From Lineus longissimus (taxonomy: Eukaryota), in the NCBI RefSeq assembly GCF_910592395.1, contig NC_088308.1:186001-250000 (forward strand): DNA of 64,000 bases, written 5' to 3'. This document shows, in pieces, positions 24,212-36,200 of this stretch. Every line of letters begins with the position of its first letter. The first letter of the stretch is position 1. A model generated the notes under the pieces. The model was not told the DNA's origin. It ran no database searches and saw only the letters and a program-made list of their open reading frames with translations. Made by a program: the position numbers and the translations under genes.

Positions 24212-27200
24212 TCAAATCCACTTCTGATACGGACCAGAAATGATACACTGCGGTTTCTTCCACTTGGTCACCACAGTATCATTGGTCATCGTCGTCCCGT
24301 GCTTCACGTTGGTATCCCACATGTAGCGGTAGACTGGTGGAACAAACGGTTCAATTTCTTGCTCCTCACTGTCCTCCACCTTATCATTGGTACGTTTCTG
24401 GCCTTTCTCACCCTTGTTATCCGGCGTGACTTCTCCCTGACCTATCAACTCCTGTCTCCGTTCCTCAGCCTCCTTACGGCGACCCTCCATCTTGGCCTCC
24501 ATCTTAGCCTCCCATTCAGCCCAGCCATGCTGCCGATTGTTTAAGTTTTTATGTTGGTAGAAAACAATACTAATCCTTGTCGGACTGTAGCGATTAGGGT
24601 TCTTCAATGCAGTGGTTGCATGGAGTTCCCGCTTTGCCACTTCGAATAGGACAGCTCCATGTGACAAGGCAATCGCCACACCACCTGACTGTTTATCATG
24701 GAACACTTCTTCATTGTCCGAGATATATTCACGATCTGGCGGCGGTTTTGGTGGTTCTGCGAGAGGAACATCGCGCTGACAACCATCAGGCTCCTGCATT
24801 GGTAAGAAGTCACTCTGCAGGGTATTGCGGCTGCCAGGTTTTGAATTCACAGATGATTTATTACTCATGGGTTGTTGGTACAAAGTTTGTTCCATTGGCA
24901 TACTACCATGTTGCCCCTGAGAATAGTTGATATTGCTTTGTTTGGCCTGATACTGGCCTGGATGGTTGAAATGTTCCTTATTGAGTGGCAGGCCCTGACC
25001 ATCATGTTGCATAAGATGTGGTTGCGGTGTGTCTGCCCGCATTGCCACAGCCTCCGAGAGAAGATGAAGATTAAACTCAGGATCCTGTTTGGGCGCATCA
25101 CCCTTCCCATCCTGACTCGAACACTGCGCAAACTTCTCCTGCCTGTTCAGTTTGGAATGTGGACTGAGGGGAGGACAGGACGTGTTGGGTGGATATGGCA
25201 TATCAACATCAAACGGATTCCTAACAAATACTGTATCATTCCGCCGCACTTGGTGATGAAGAAGTGTTTCCTCCTCTGATGGATCGTTTCTTGCCTGAAG
25301 GTCGCGCACATTAGCATAATCCTTCTCCTGGTGGTGAGCTTGCTCCAGGACCGGTGTTCTCTCGTAAGAAACCTTGTTTGGAGCTTGCCGGGGAGACGGA
25401 TAATCGTCAAATGGATTAAAAAGTGTGACCGAGTCGTGTCGCATTGGACGCTCAGCACTGAGATCGAGTGGTTTATCAGCTCCACCTTCCTGCCAAGGGC
25501 GCCCATGAGGTGTGAGAGGAGTGTTAGGGTGACTAGCTGTTCTCGAGTGTTGATCATGAGGTCTGGACCGGTCCATTGCCTCCGCAGAGAGGTTCATAGG
25601 CCAATCTGCACCTTGGTTTCGGGGCATTGATGGATGCACCTCACCAATGTTTGGTTGTGGAATTCCAGGTGGGCCTTGCCAAGCTGGTTTAGGCGTATGT
25701 GCCGGTGATGGAGTAGAGTAGCTCTGGAGGCCTGGTATCACGTCAAAAGCTGGGCTATGCTGAGATCGTGGTGCGTGGGAAGGCGACTTTGCATGAGCCA
25801 TAGGTATGGGTGACTCCATTCGTCGTTGTGGCTGACTTAGTGGCTCAGGGCCTTGAGTGAATGGACTGGTCGGACCCTGCCCGTTATGTTTGGGAGTACT
25901 GGGACTGCTTGGGATGAGAGGTGACAGTAATGATGCTGGTAATTTAGGCATGGCAAATGGTAACATTTTCTCGATGTTTGTGTCCCGTTTCTGACCAAGT
26001 GGGCTGGCTACTCGATGCGGCACAGGGATTTTCGGTTGAATGGATCCCGGAAATGAAGACCCGCTTGTCGTATGAGCCATCTGAGCAAAAAAGTCAATGT
26101 TTTCAGCATTTGGCATTTTATCATGAAACTGGTTCATGAGGTCATGCTGGGGACCTGAATCTGATCCTATAGACTGCGTAACTGGACTATGCATTCTGCC
26201 TTGTGGGTCAGCAGAAATCCGAGGACCAACACTTGAAGTTAATGGGGAAAACTTTTGAAACTGATCCATCTGGAAACTGTTGGCAGTAAATCTAGAATCA
26301 GGCGATTGTTCTCGAGATCTTGGTCTCTCCATAACTGGTGTTATCCCGGAGTGTGGAGGAGTTCTAGGTGATGGCGAATTAGGGTGCGCGATGGGGCTCC
26401 TTGCTTGGAAAGCAGCGCCATCTTGAGTAAGAACAGCTACAGGTTTCCTTAGATCACCAACGTTGTCTCTGCGCAGCCTTTCAACATCTCGGGGATACGG
26501 TAGACTCGCACCATCAGGTTGGCACGGATAATCCTGTGAGTTTTTCTGAAGATGTTTCTGCATATTGTTTTGTCTGTTCTCTCCTCCAACAAGGCCCGAG
26601 GGATCCTCACATTGATTCTGGTGAGGATGCGGCACATTCGGACGAGACATGAACGAATTCGGCGAATGATCGTCCTTAAACTGAGAACCAGAGTTTCCAC
26701 GTTGCTCATTTGGATAACTGGGTAATGTTTGACTCTGCTGAGCTGACAAACCAGTTGCGGATAACATTTCATTACGGAAATTCTCAATGTTTTTCAATGG
26801 GTCACTTGTGAACATAGAAGCCAACGCGTCGATACTGAACGCGGGATCAAGTTTACTTTTTCCGCTGACAAATTTCGACATTTGCTCCAATTTCAAATGC
26901 ATGTGATCGGCAGTTTGTGGTTGTATTGCACTTGAATTTAGTTTTGGTTGATTTTTATCTGAATGGAAACTGGAACTGGGCGCAGAGGTTGACTTATTAT
27001 GATTCGCCTGCATAGCACCAGACTGGAAATGAAGTCCCTGCATAGCATCACTGTCTGACTGGAGCATGTCATTCTCACTGGATTCAACAAACTCTTTCAC
27101 TTGAGCGTGGACACTGCTTAATATATCATCCAAATGATCCACACTGCTCATTCTCTGGCTTGATGCCGTATTCTTTTTCATCACTGGTGGTCCACTGGGA

Positions 27201-30200
27201 CAACTCATAATCGGTCTTGGCATTCCCATACTGCTGAAGTAAGGTGCAGGTGGACCAGATAACACACGCTGACCGGATATGTTTGGACCGGATGTATTTG
27301 GACCAGACATGTGAAGAGGACCAGACTTATCAGGAGGCCCGGCAGAGTTTGAAAGTTCTGAATTGCCATGTTGACCAGGCCTGTTGAGAGGCTCAGACAT
27401 GCTCATTGGCATGTGCACATCTGGCCGACCAGCCATACCTGAACTTGGGTAAGTCCGACCTGAAGTTAGATCCATGTCAATCGGAGGGTGAGGATATTCT
27501 TTCACAAGTGGCGATGGCACAGGACTAACATTCTTGGGAGAAGCAGACATAGGTCTCTCTATCAATGATTTCTTAACCGATTTGTGTACTCCATCCAGAA
27601 TTTCTTGGAGATGGTCCAAATTTTGAAACATATCCGCTGAACTGGACTGAGTGGTCGATGGAATCATTGCGGACGGTTGACCAGACATTATTGCGGTGTT
27701 ATGTAATGATGGATTTTGCGACAGATTCTCCCGAGACGTGGCCTGGGGTTTGTTATGCATAGACTGATGATGAGGTAGAAACTGTCCATTTGAGTTTGAG
27801 ACTGGTGAGTGCACCGACTGAACACAAGACTCAAAGTTTCCCATCACTGCACTTCTACGCTGTCCATTTGCAACATCTATTCCTTGGTTGGTATACCCCT
27901 GTTGCAGAGAACCGCCAGTTGATGTATTGCCTTCTTGACGAGGTTCACCTGGCAATGAGGGACCGGGTCGAAGTGGGTCAGACAGCTTGTCATTCAGTGG
28001 TGAACTCCGCGAATTATCCTGTTTTGCGGTAAGAAGCTCTTTTTGTGATCCTGAATCTTCTGTAGATCTTTGTAACTCAGATCGGCACTCGGTAGGTAAC
28101 GATAGAGGTCTAACAGTTGGTGCCGTCTTGAAAGCAGTTTCGGCTATTCTTTCAGTGTTTTGTGTGGAACATTCATGCCTGAAACAATCCTCCACAGAAT
28201 TTGATTGTAAGTTTTCAAGAGAGCTTGCGGTGTTTTGCACAGACTGTTCAGGACCAGAAGTATTCATCCGAATGTTTGTTTGTAAATCGGAGGTATTTTC
28301 ACGACTGAAACTGTCCTTTGGAAATTGTGGCAGTTGATGTGTTGCTAAATTGGCAGTAAATTCTGTTGACCTGTTAAGTTGAAAACTCTCCTTTGAGATC
28401 TTTGGCAGCAAGTGTTCACCAGTTCGTATTGGTCCCTGTGATGGAGGCGGTGTATTGATACTCTCAGATAGCCGGAGTGAGGAACATGCCTCCACAGCAT
28501 AAGGAGACTCTGAACAGTTAGGCGGAGGCATTGTAGGTTTCAGCCCCTCGGGCACGAAAACATGCTGTGAATCTGATGACTCTGGAGGTGATTTCATCTG
28601 TAATCCCGGAGATGAATGAATGGCCTGTCCAGTTATAGATCCTGGATTCTGGGACACACCGTTTTGAAACACATGACTTGCTTGCTCCGTGCTGGATGAA
28701 TCAAGAGCCTGAGGCTTGGATGGGGTATTTTGACCTGAATTGGTGATATGAGACGATGGAGGAATACCGCGTGGAGATCCGGGGGAAGGTGACAACGATT
28801 CCTTGACATACTTATGGACGTCATCAAGGATTGATTGCAGATTATCTGTGAATTGTTCCTTCTCTCCACCAGTTCGTGATGCAAAGTCCGGTGTATTAAG
28901 ATTGAGAATGCTTCCTAGACTGGGGTCTGTTCTCACAGTAGCACCAATGATCGGAGAATTGGGACCTTGTGAAAGCGACTCCCGAACAGACTCGTGGACG
29001 TTATCGAGGACTTCTTGTAAACTACTCAAGGAGCCAGATCGTTCAACTGGTTCTGGCTTGGGTTTCACATCCGATGTAACCGTCAGTTTTGAATCCATTC
29101 CACTTTGAGTGTGACCAGGCTTAACATCAGGGGCAGAAGTCTTCTTCTTCCTCGGACCTTTTGGACCTGGTTTCTTCTTCTGTTTCTGCTGGAACTGGTC
29201 CATCCTTCCCGGTGGGTATCCCTGCTCTGGATACGCACCCATTCCCATCCATGGATGCATCGCCATGAACGGAGGGGGGAAGGGGAATGCTGGGTGTGGC
29301 ATGTACCCTGAAGGGAGAGGATACGGGTACATCATACCATTGGGAGACTGCACAGGCATAAGAGGCATCCCCGGCATCCCTTGACCCGGCCAGAATGGTA
29401 ATGCTGGCTCACTCATGGGTGTAACAGCTCGTTCCTCATCCCATTCAAGCTTCTCCTTCTTTTGTTTCTTCTCCTTCACTGTTTTACTATCAAAGTACAT
29501 ATTATTCTGATCGCTCACACTCTTATTTACATCAGTCGTACTCTTGGGCTTGCGACCTCTGGGCGTTTTTGGTGACGAATCATCCTTCTTCGCAGAACCA
29601 GTCTTGTTTTTCTTTTTCGGTTTCTTGGGTGTTCCTCGTACTCTGGTAATCGTGTAATAATTCGTGAGGACTTCCAGTGATCCATTTCTTATCTTTTCGT
29701 TCTGGCCTTCGTAACTGCCGGATTCATCCGTCGGGTCAAGGACATACAATGGAAGCACATGGAGCTGCTCATCTTTTGGCTTCTCAAAGCCACGATGTTT
29801 GGTCAAAGTGACAACCTGAAAATACATCGTGTGAGAAATGTTTGTTCAAAGATTTCAGATGTGCTGGAGACACTATTGAACAATAAACAGGAGTGATATC
29901 ACTGGGTCTCAGAAATTGACCAAAACCTGAATAGATTTATAGATATTGACAGGCACAAGAAGCCATTTTCAAAAGTTCATTACCTGTACCTAAACGACCC
30001 TTTGTAAAATGTCAGAAAGTGTTGATGTGGGTCACCCTCAGTATTGTATACAGTGATGCACATGAATGATGTCCGACAGACTCCAGGACCGTATGTGGCG
30101 GAGATCTAGTTGGGCGGGAGAACATTGCTCAACTTCAAGCACAGATTGTAAACGTATTGTAAAGCTGACCAAGCCGCAGGTATGTAGTATTCTGAACAGT

Positions 30201-33200
30201 GTTTGACTCCTTAGCCTCATGATGATGCTTACCACTGTGCATCCGTTCTGCATGTTGTGGAGATCCTTGTGTGCGTGGGCACAGAAGTCAACACACGACG
30301 TCACACCAGAGAATGGCCGCCCAGGCTTCAATCCTAATCGACATTCATTCGACTCGTCCTCATAAAAGCACTAAAAAGAGAGAAGAACCCTGGATTGAAT
30401 CAAGGACATCGGGTTCAATGATCAGGTAGGTAAGCTACTCTGTCACTGTATGTTTGCGGGTTGATGATGAGGCTTACAGAGTGCTCATGTGCACTGAGGC
30501 TCTGAATCCCTGGTGATGGAGGCGTGATTGGGATGTAATTTCACATGTGCACCATTCCTCTAATTGGAAGACTATCTGTAATTCTCAGCGACACCATCTT
30601 GAGTGCAACATACTGGTCCAAAATGAGGCCAAGACGAAGTTCAGAGGACCTGCACAAAATCACACGATCTTAAATGCATCAATATTAGTTTCATCAATAG
30701 ATGTTTTGATTTGTTAGTGATAGCAACTGACTGAATTTGGCAAGTTCTAGGAATTCTAGAAGTCAACCGTGCCACATGATTGTGTGCAACCTACCTCATT
30801 ACTGTAAGATTGTGTGCAACCTACCTGATTACTGTAAGATTGTGTGCAACCTACCTGATTACTGTAAGATTGTGGGGCGAACGTCCTATAAACAGGAGCC
30901 ATATCCGTGGCCAAGTTCTGGAACCGACGTTCAATTTCCTCTTCTTCACTTTCATCTTTCAGCTTGAACTTCTTGGCGCATCGACTCCGTGAGAATTTAC
31001 ATCCGTTGAAGAACATACTCCAGGAGCAGCCGAACGAGAAACTAGCACCAGCGAGGGATGGGTCAAACCCTTGGCATGCACACGTTTTCCTGAATATAAA
31101 ATGACACATACTTGATTGGAATATTAAGGATCAACTAGATCAGATTGCATCTCTTTTCAAACTGACACGGTGCCACCTTGTGACACTAGCTAAGGTCCTG
31201 GGCCCAGGTTCCTGGGTGGAAAGGCAAGAACTCTCAAAGTTAATAACTTCCAACTCTCCACTGACAGTCTGGACAAATATCTTTTCTACTTCTGGTTTCT
31301 GACAAATCACCTCTCAAACTGAACATCAAGTGTCAGAACTTACTGTTCGTTAGCACCACATCGCCTCTCAGTCTCCTGACCATAATTGGGTAGCACCCGT
31401 ATGAGATGGTTATAGAGGTCGTCTGCCACATTCCTCACCACACCTTCCCAAGCAACGATAACAATAATGATGACGGTCGCGTCACAGAAATGTCCTGCTC
31501 GTTGGCGCACAACCACTAACACTTTCTCTTCTGGACCGGATCGTCGGATAATCTACAAGAATGAATGTTTTCAATGAGTAAAGAACAGTGAAAAAAGTTT
31601 CTTTTGATGAGTCGGAAGAGAGTAGAAAGGATGCTTGAATGACTTACCCACTTGGCTACAGGACAGCCTTGAGTTGTCCTCCCTTCTTTCCCAGAGTAGA
31701 GCACTTTCTCGATCCTGATTGCATTTCCCTTGAAACCAGTCCTGGAAATAGACATTCCAACATTCAATTCTAGACAGCAACAGCTCATAAACATTAGTCT
31801 GATAAATCTGTTGCTTTTAAAGAGCCTTAAACTTTTCTAATGAATAGCTGGAAAGCAAAGACTCTGCCGGGGCAATGAATGAGGATGATCTGATTAGGAG
31901 GCGATACCTGAACCACTCTACCACACTGGCCCTTGGGACCCGACAGGCCTCTGGGATTTCAGGCCGACCAAACTTGAAACCCCAAAAGGCCAGGGTTGTT
32001 GTGAAGGATTCCACCATCAACCTACCTTCTCTCCATTTCTTCTCTGATCTCAGGGATAGACCGGCCTGAACCAAGATGGGTATAGAATGGACCCTCGTCC
32101 TTTTCATTGAAATCTGCAAGACAGAGAAGAAGTTAAATCTTTGGAGTTACTTGTTGGTGAGCTTTTATGAAGCTGGCTCTTCTATTCTGGCAGCCATAAG
32201 TTCTGGTAGACAGACAACAAAGTATGACAGGGTGCAGCAGCGATCGTTTGTGGCACCCTCAACATGCAATCGACTGGTATCTCATTCAGAGAGTGATATT
32301 CCACATGTTTCAAGGAGAGAAATTAGAGTGAACTCTGGTCGCTCACTGAAAGAATGAACTATTCAAAAGCAGATTCAACGACAGCCTTGAAGTCATAGCC
32401 TCCTGAGCTGTTCCAGGGAAACATTCACTAAACAACTAAACACAACCTGAAAGCTGGAAAAGCAAATTAACATGCAAATAGGGCAACCGATGAAAACAGG
32501 GAGAGACCGGTCCATATTTCCACCATTGTCATAAGCCAAGCCAAGAAATCACTGGTTCTACTCACTACGATACTTAGATTTCTCCTTGTTGTTGAGATCA
32601 TCTAGAAAAAAATAAGGCTCAATGCAGCAAAATGCTTCAAAATCAACTACATGTAATTGTGCACTGTCAAGTGAATTAGGGTAACACTGAGCGAGTGACA
32701 CGCGATCAAGCCCTGAATCAAGTGTTTCTCATTATAAAGCATGTTGGGTTTGAATCCCAGCTGGGGTACTCCATATGGAACGGGACCAGAGATGGCACAC
32801 AGAAGCCTGTCATGCTTGTGGGATGCATTAACCTTACTGGCCGTTGAAAGCATATCCTCTAGCTTGCCATAGCACATCAGCAGGAAAGATGTTTTAAAGG
32901 ACAACTTACCTTCTTTGCGACAGTTGCAGTGTGGTGTCTCCTGCGTGTTTGTTTTTAACCGTCGTAACAGGTCAAGGTTCTTATCGAAGGCAACCTGAGC
33001 TTGTGGTGGTAGGTCCTCCTGTTTCACATTCATGCGTTCATTGTTGCCACCAGTGTTTATTTCCATACGATACGATCCGGAGGCATTGACATATCCCGAC
33101 TCGGACATTCGAGGCTGTGGAGGTAAAGGGGTGTTGGAACTGGGAGGATATGCTCCTGACATCCTGTAGGCATCAGCACCCCCATCCATAACGGGCATCG

Positions 33201-36200
33201 GTTGAGTATTTGACCTGGGATATGAGCCAGACATTTGTTGAGACTCTAAGACAGTAGGGTAGCCATAATGGGTCTGCTGAGTCGGGTATGACACAGGCGG
33301 AGGCGACTCATCAAAAGCATAAGGATCTTTGAGTTTATTTTCATTGAGCGGAGCGCTGTCTTTGAAATCAGGAGTTCGGTTCATTTCTGGCGGTGGTGGA
33401 ATCAACACCTGATTGGGCGGACATTCAATTTTCATCTGAGGCAAAGGGGCAACAGTCCCACTATCTTGTTTTTCCACCTTCACCTCCGGCAGCGGAGGAA
33501 TTAACACCCGATTGGGTGGACATTCAACTTTTGGCCGATACACAGGCTGCACTATTCCATTCTCCTGTTGTTCCACCTTCGGACTGGAGACATTACTCAC
33601 TAAAGGCTGACACAGCACATTGGCCAGTCCTTGGCTCTCTGTCCGTTGTCCAGAATGCAGTCCTTGGCTCTCTGTCCGTTGTCCAGAATGACCAGCAGAT
33701 TCTGAAGAATTGCACGAACCGTTGAAGTCGGCAAGTCTACTTAAATGACTAGATTGCTGTCCATCACCAACATCCACCGATGAAATAACCCGATCCAACT
33801 TGGCTATGGCACTTTCAGCGGGTGCCATAGGAATAGTATTAGACAAGGCCAGCAACTTGTCCAGTGAATCCTGACCACTACTGGTATTCATTCCACTCGT
33901 CGTAAAACTATCCAATGACTGACTATGTGGTGCGGCACTATCCGATGTGTGACTACGCGGTACAACACCATCTGATGACTGACTACGCGGTACAACACCA
34001 TCCGATGTGTGACTACGCGGTACAACACCATCTGATGACTGACTATGCGGTACACCACAATCTGATGACTGACTATGCAGTGCGACACTATCTGAAGATA
34101 TTTTGGGAATATGCGGTGAGTTCCTGGCATAGTGTATTCCACCTGTGGCACTTTTCCCTTTTGAATTCGATGGCGAAGCTTTGCCAACAAACTCCATGAA
34201 CTGCCGATTAAAATCAGGACCAGGCATAGAATGTTTTGACGGATTTTGTAAATTAGAACTCTCCTGAGATGTTTGACTCAGCTGATCGTAACTTCCCTGA
34301 ACGCCGAACGTAGGTTTCCCCTCCTTCGGAGATGGCGTAGAGTTTTTTGTTTTATGCGCCTGAACATCTGATGGTATTCGCGCATCCCTGGTTTGCAGCA
34401 AATGCTTTTGAATCCGTGCGTGGAAATCTTTTGAATACGCAGATAACATCAGTTGCTCAGGCGTCATGCAGTTTTTTAAGTGCTCGTAACTTATAACATT
34501 TGGTGGATCCTTGTGAACACTATGAGATGATGTCGTACTAGCACTAGAATTGGAATGAGAAATCAGTCCTTGTACAGTTGAACCTGTACTATGACTGATA
34601 TTCTCAGAGCTGCCATTTGAAGATGTTGTGCTAGGGTTCGAATCAAGATTTAGAGGCCAAGCCGGAGTTCTATCAGTGTTTGTTTCACTGATCTGTCCAG
34701 GGAGTTTTGACCCAGGAGATAGGTCAGTGAGTCCAGCACTTGATGGGCTCACAACTGCTGCTGGCTGCCACGCCAGACTTGAATGGACAGGTTCGTCACC
34801 AGAGGATGTCATTCCCTCACCACTGATACCGGCTGGTAAAGGGTACTGCCCGGGCATGAATGGGGCAGGTGGTGGCGGGCCTTCCTTAGGCTTCTTCAAC
34901 TTTTTCTTTTTCTTAGGTTTTGGATTTGGTGAAACCATCTCTTGCTTCGTATGCAGATGGGAGGTCTCAGGGGACGTGAACGTTTTTGGCCGCGAAGCTA
35001 TTGCTTTAGGATCACAAAGTTCCAGACTCTGACATGCGAATATTCGACGTAGAATATCGCGCTCTGTGTCGCGATCTAACTCCCTGAATTCCTCTTCTGT
35101 TTGAAGCTTCTTACCAGTGGCTGGATTCTGTACAGACACATTACTGTCGAGACTTGTAAATGAAGTCGTTGAAGCAGGACGACTGGATGTCACTGATGAT
35201 TCACTGTATGGTGGTAAAACCTGAACATCCCCTGACGATGAGGTGTGTGGTGGCAGCTGGGAGCATGGCAGAACAGACTTCGCTACGTAACTCTTAGCAG
35301 GAGGGGAGACCATACTTGAATAACCTGACGAATACGATGTTCTCTGCTGTTCTCTGGCTAAAGCATCTGCACTCTTTTCCTTCAATTCAGCATCCTTCTC
35401 GCTCATTTTATTGCCTTGGTTATGTTTTTCTGCTGAGTATTTCGACAGATCGGTCGGCACCATTGCCTGAGATGCGGAACTACTAACACCAAGAAGGCCT
35501 GCTGTATGCTGCATCTGAGTGTCATGCAGACGACTTCGATCACGCACTATTTCCCCCGGTTCCAAGGGCATTTGGTAAAGTCTTGCATCAGGGTGTAACG
35601 AAGGTGCAATATTTTGATAAACGTGTTCCATCTCACTTCCTCCCTGCTGGGGTGGAGACGCACTGCTCGTCTTGCTCGATTCGTCAACCCGATCAAGCAA
35701 AAAGTCTTTCACAGTTTTTGACTTTGGAGACGATTTCGGAATTTGTGAGTGTGACTTGGACCTTTTGTGTGTTTTCTTCAAAGAGTAATCGGGCTGGGCA
35801 TCACACGGCACATTCGTCCTAAGATCGGAGACAGATGATGCAGAGCTACTACTGTCCAGATAAGTTGGGTGCTCAGGGGCGTGCGCAGGTGACGATTTCC
35901 CTGAGTTAGGCGTCAGTGATAATGGATAACCGTTAAATCCCCACGGTGAGAATCTGGGTGATGACGTATCAAATCTACTACTATCCTGGACCGGGCTGAA
36001 CATATTCCATGCAAAGTTGGGTAACATTGGAGCATTCTGGAACTGTTCTGGTGTTGTTTTGGTGAAATCTTGAAATGATGGTAGGCCGGTGGTTTTTGGG
36101 GCGGTGCCTGGCCAGAACATCGAGCTGAATGATGGTAGTGCTGGTTGTTTCCTGGATGATGCTGGCGAGAAGCTCGGGAGGCCTCGCCCATCGCTGCCTT

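Noticed and set aside
24299..35822. Numerous antisense and alternate-frame ORFs over TET exons
   Set aside because: Shadow ORFs of long coding exons with no recognisable homology.
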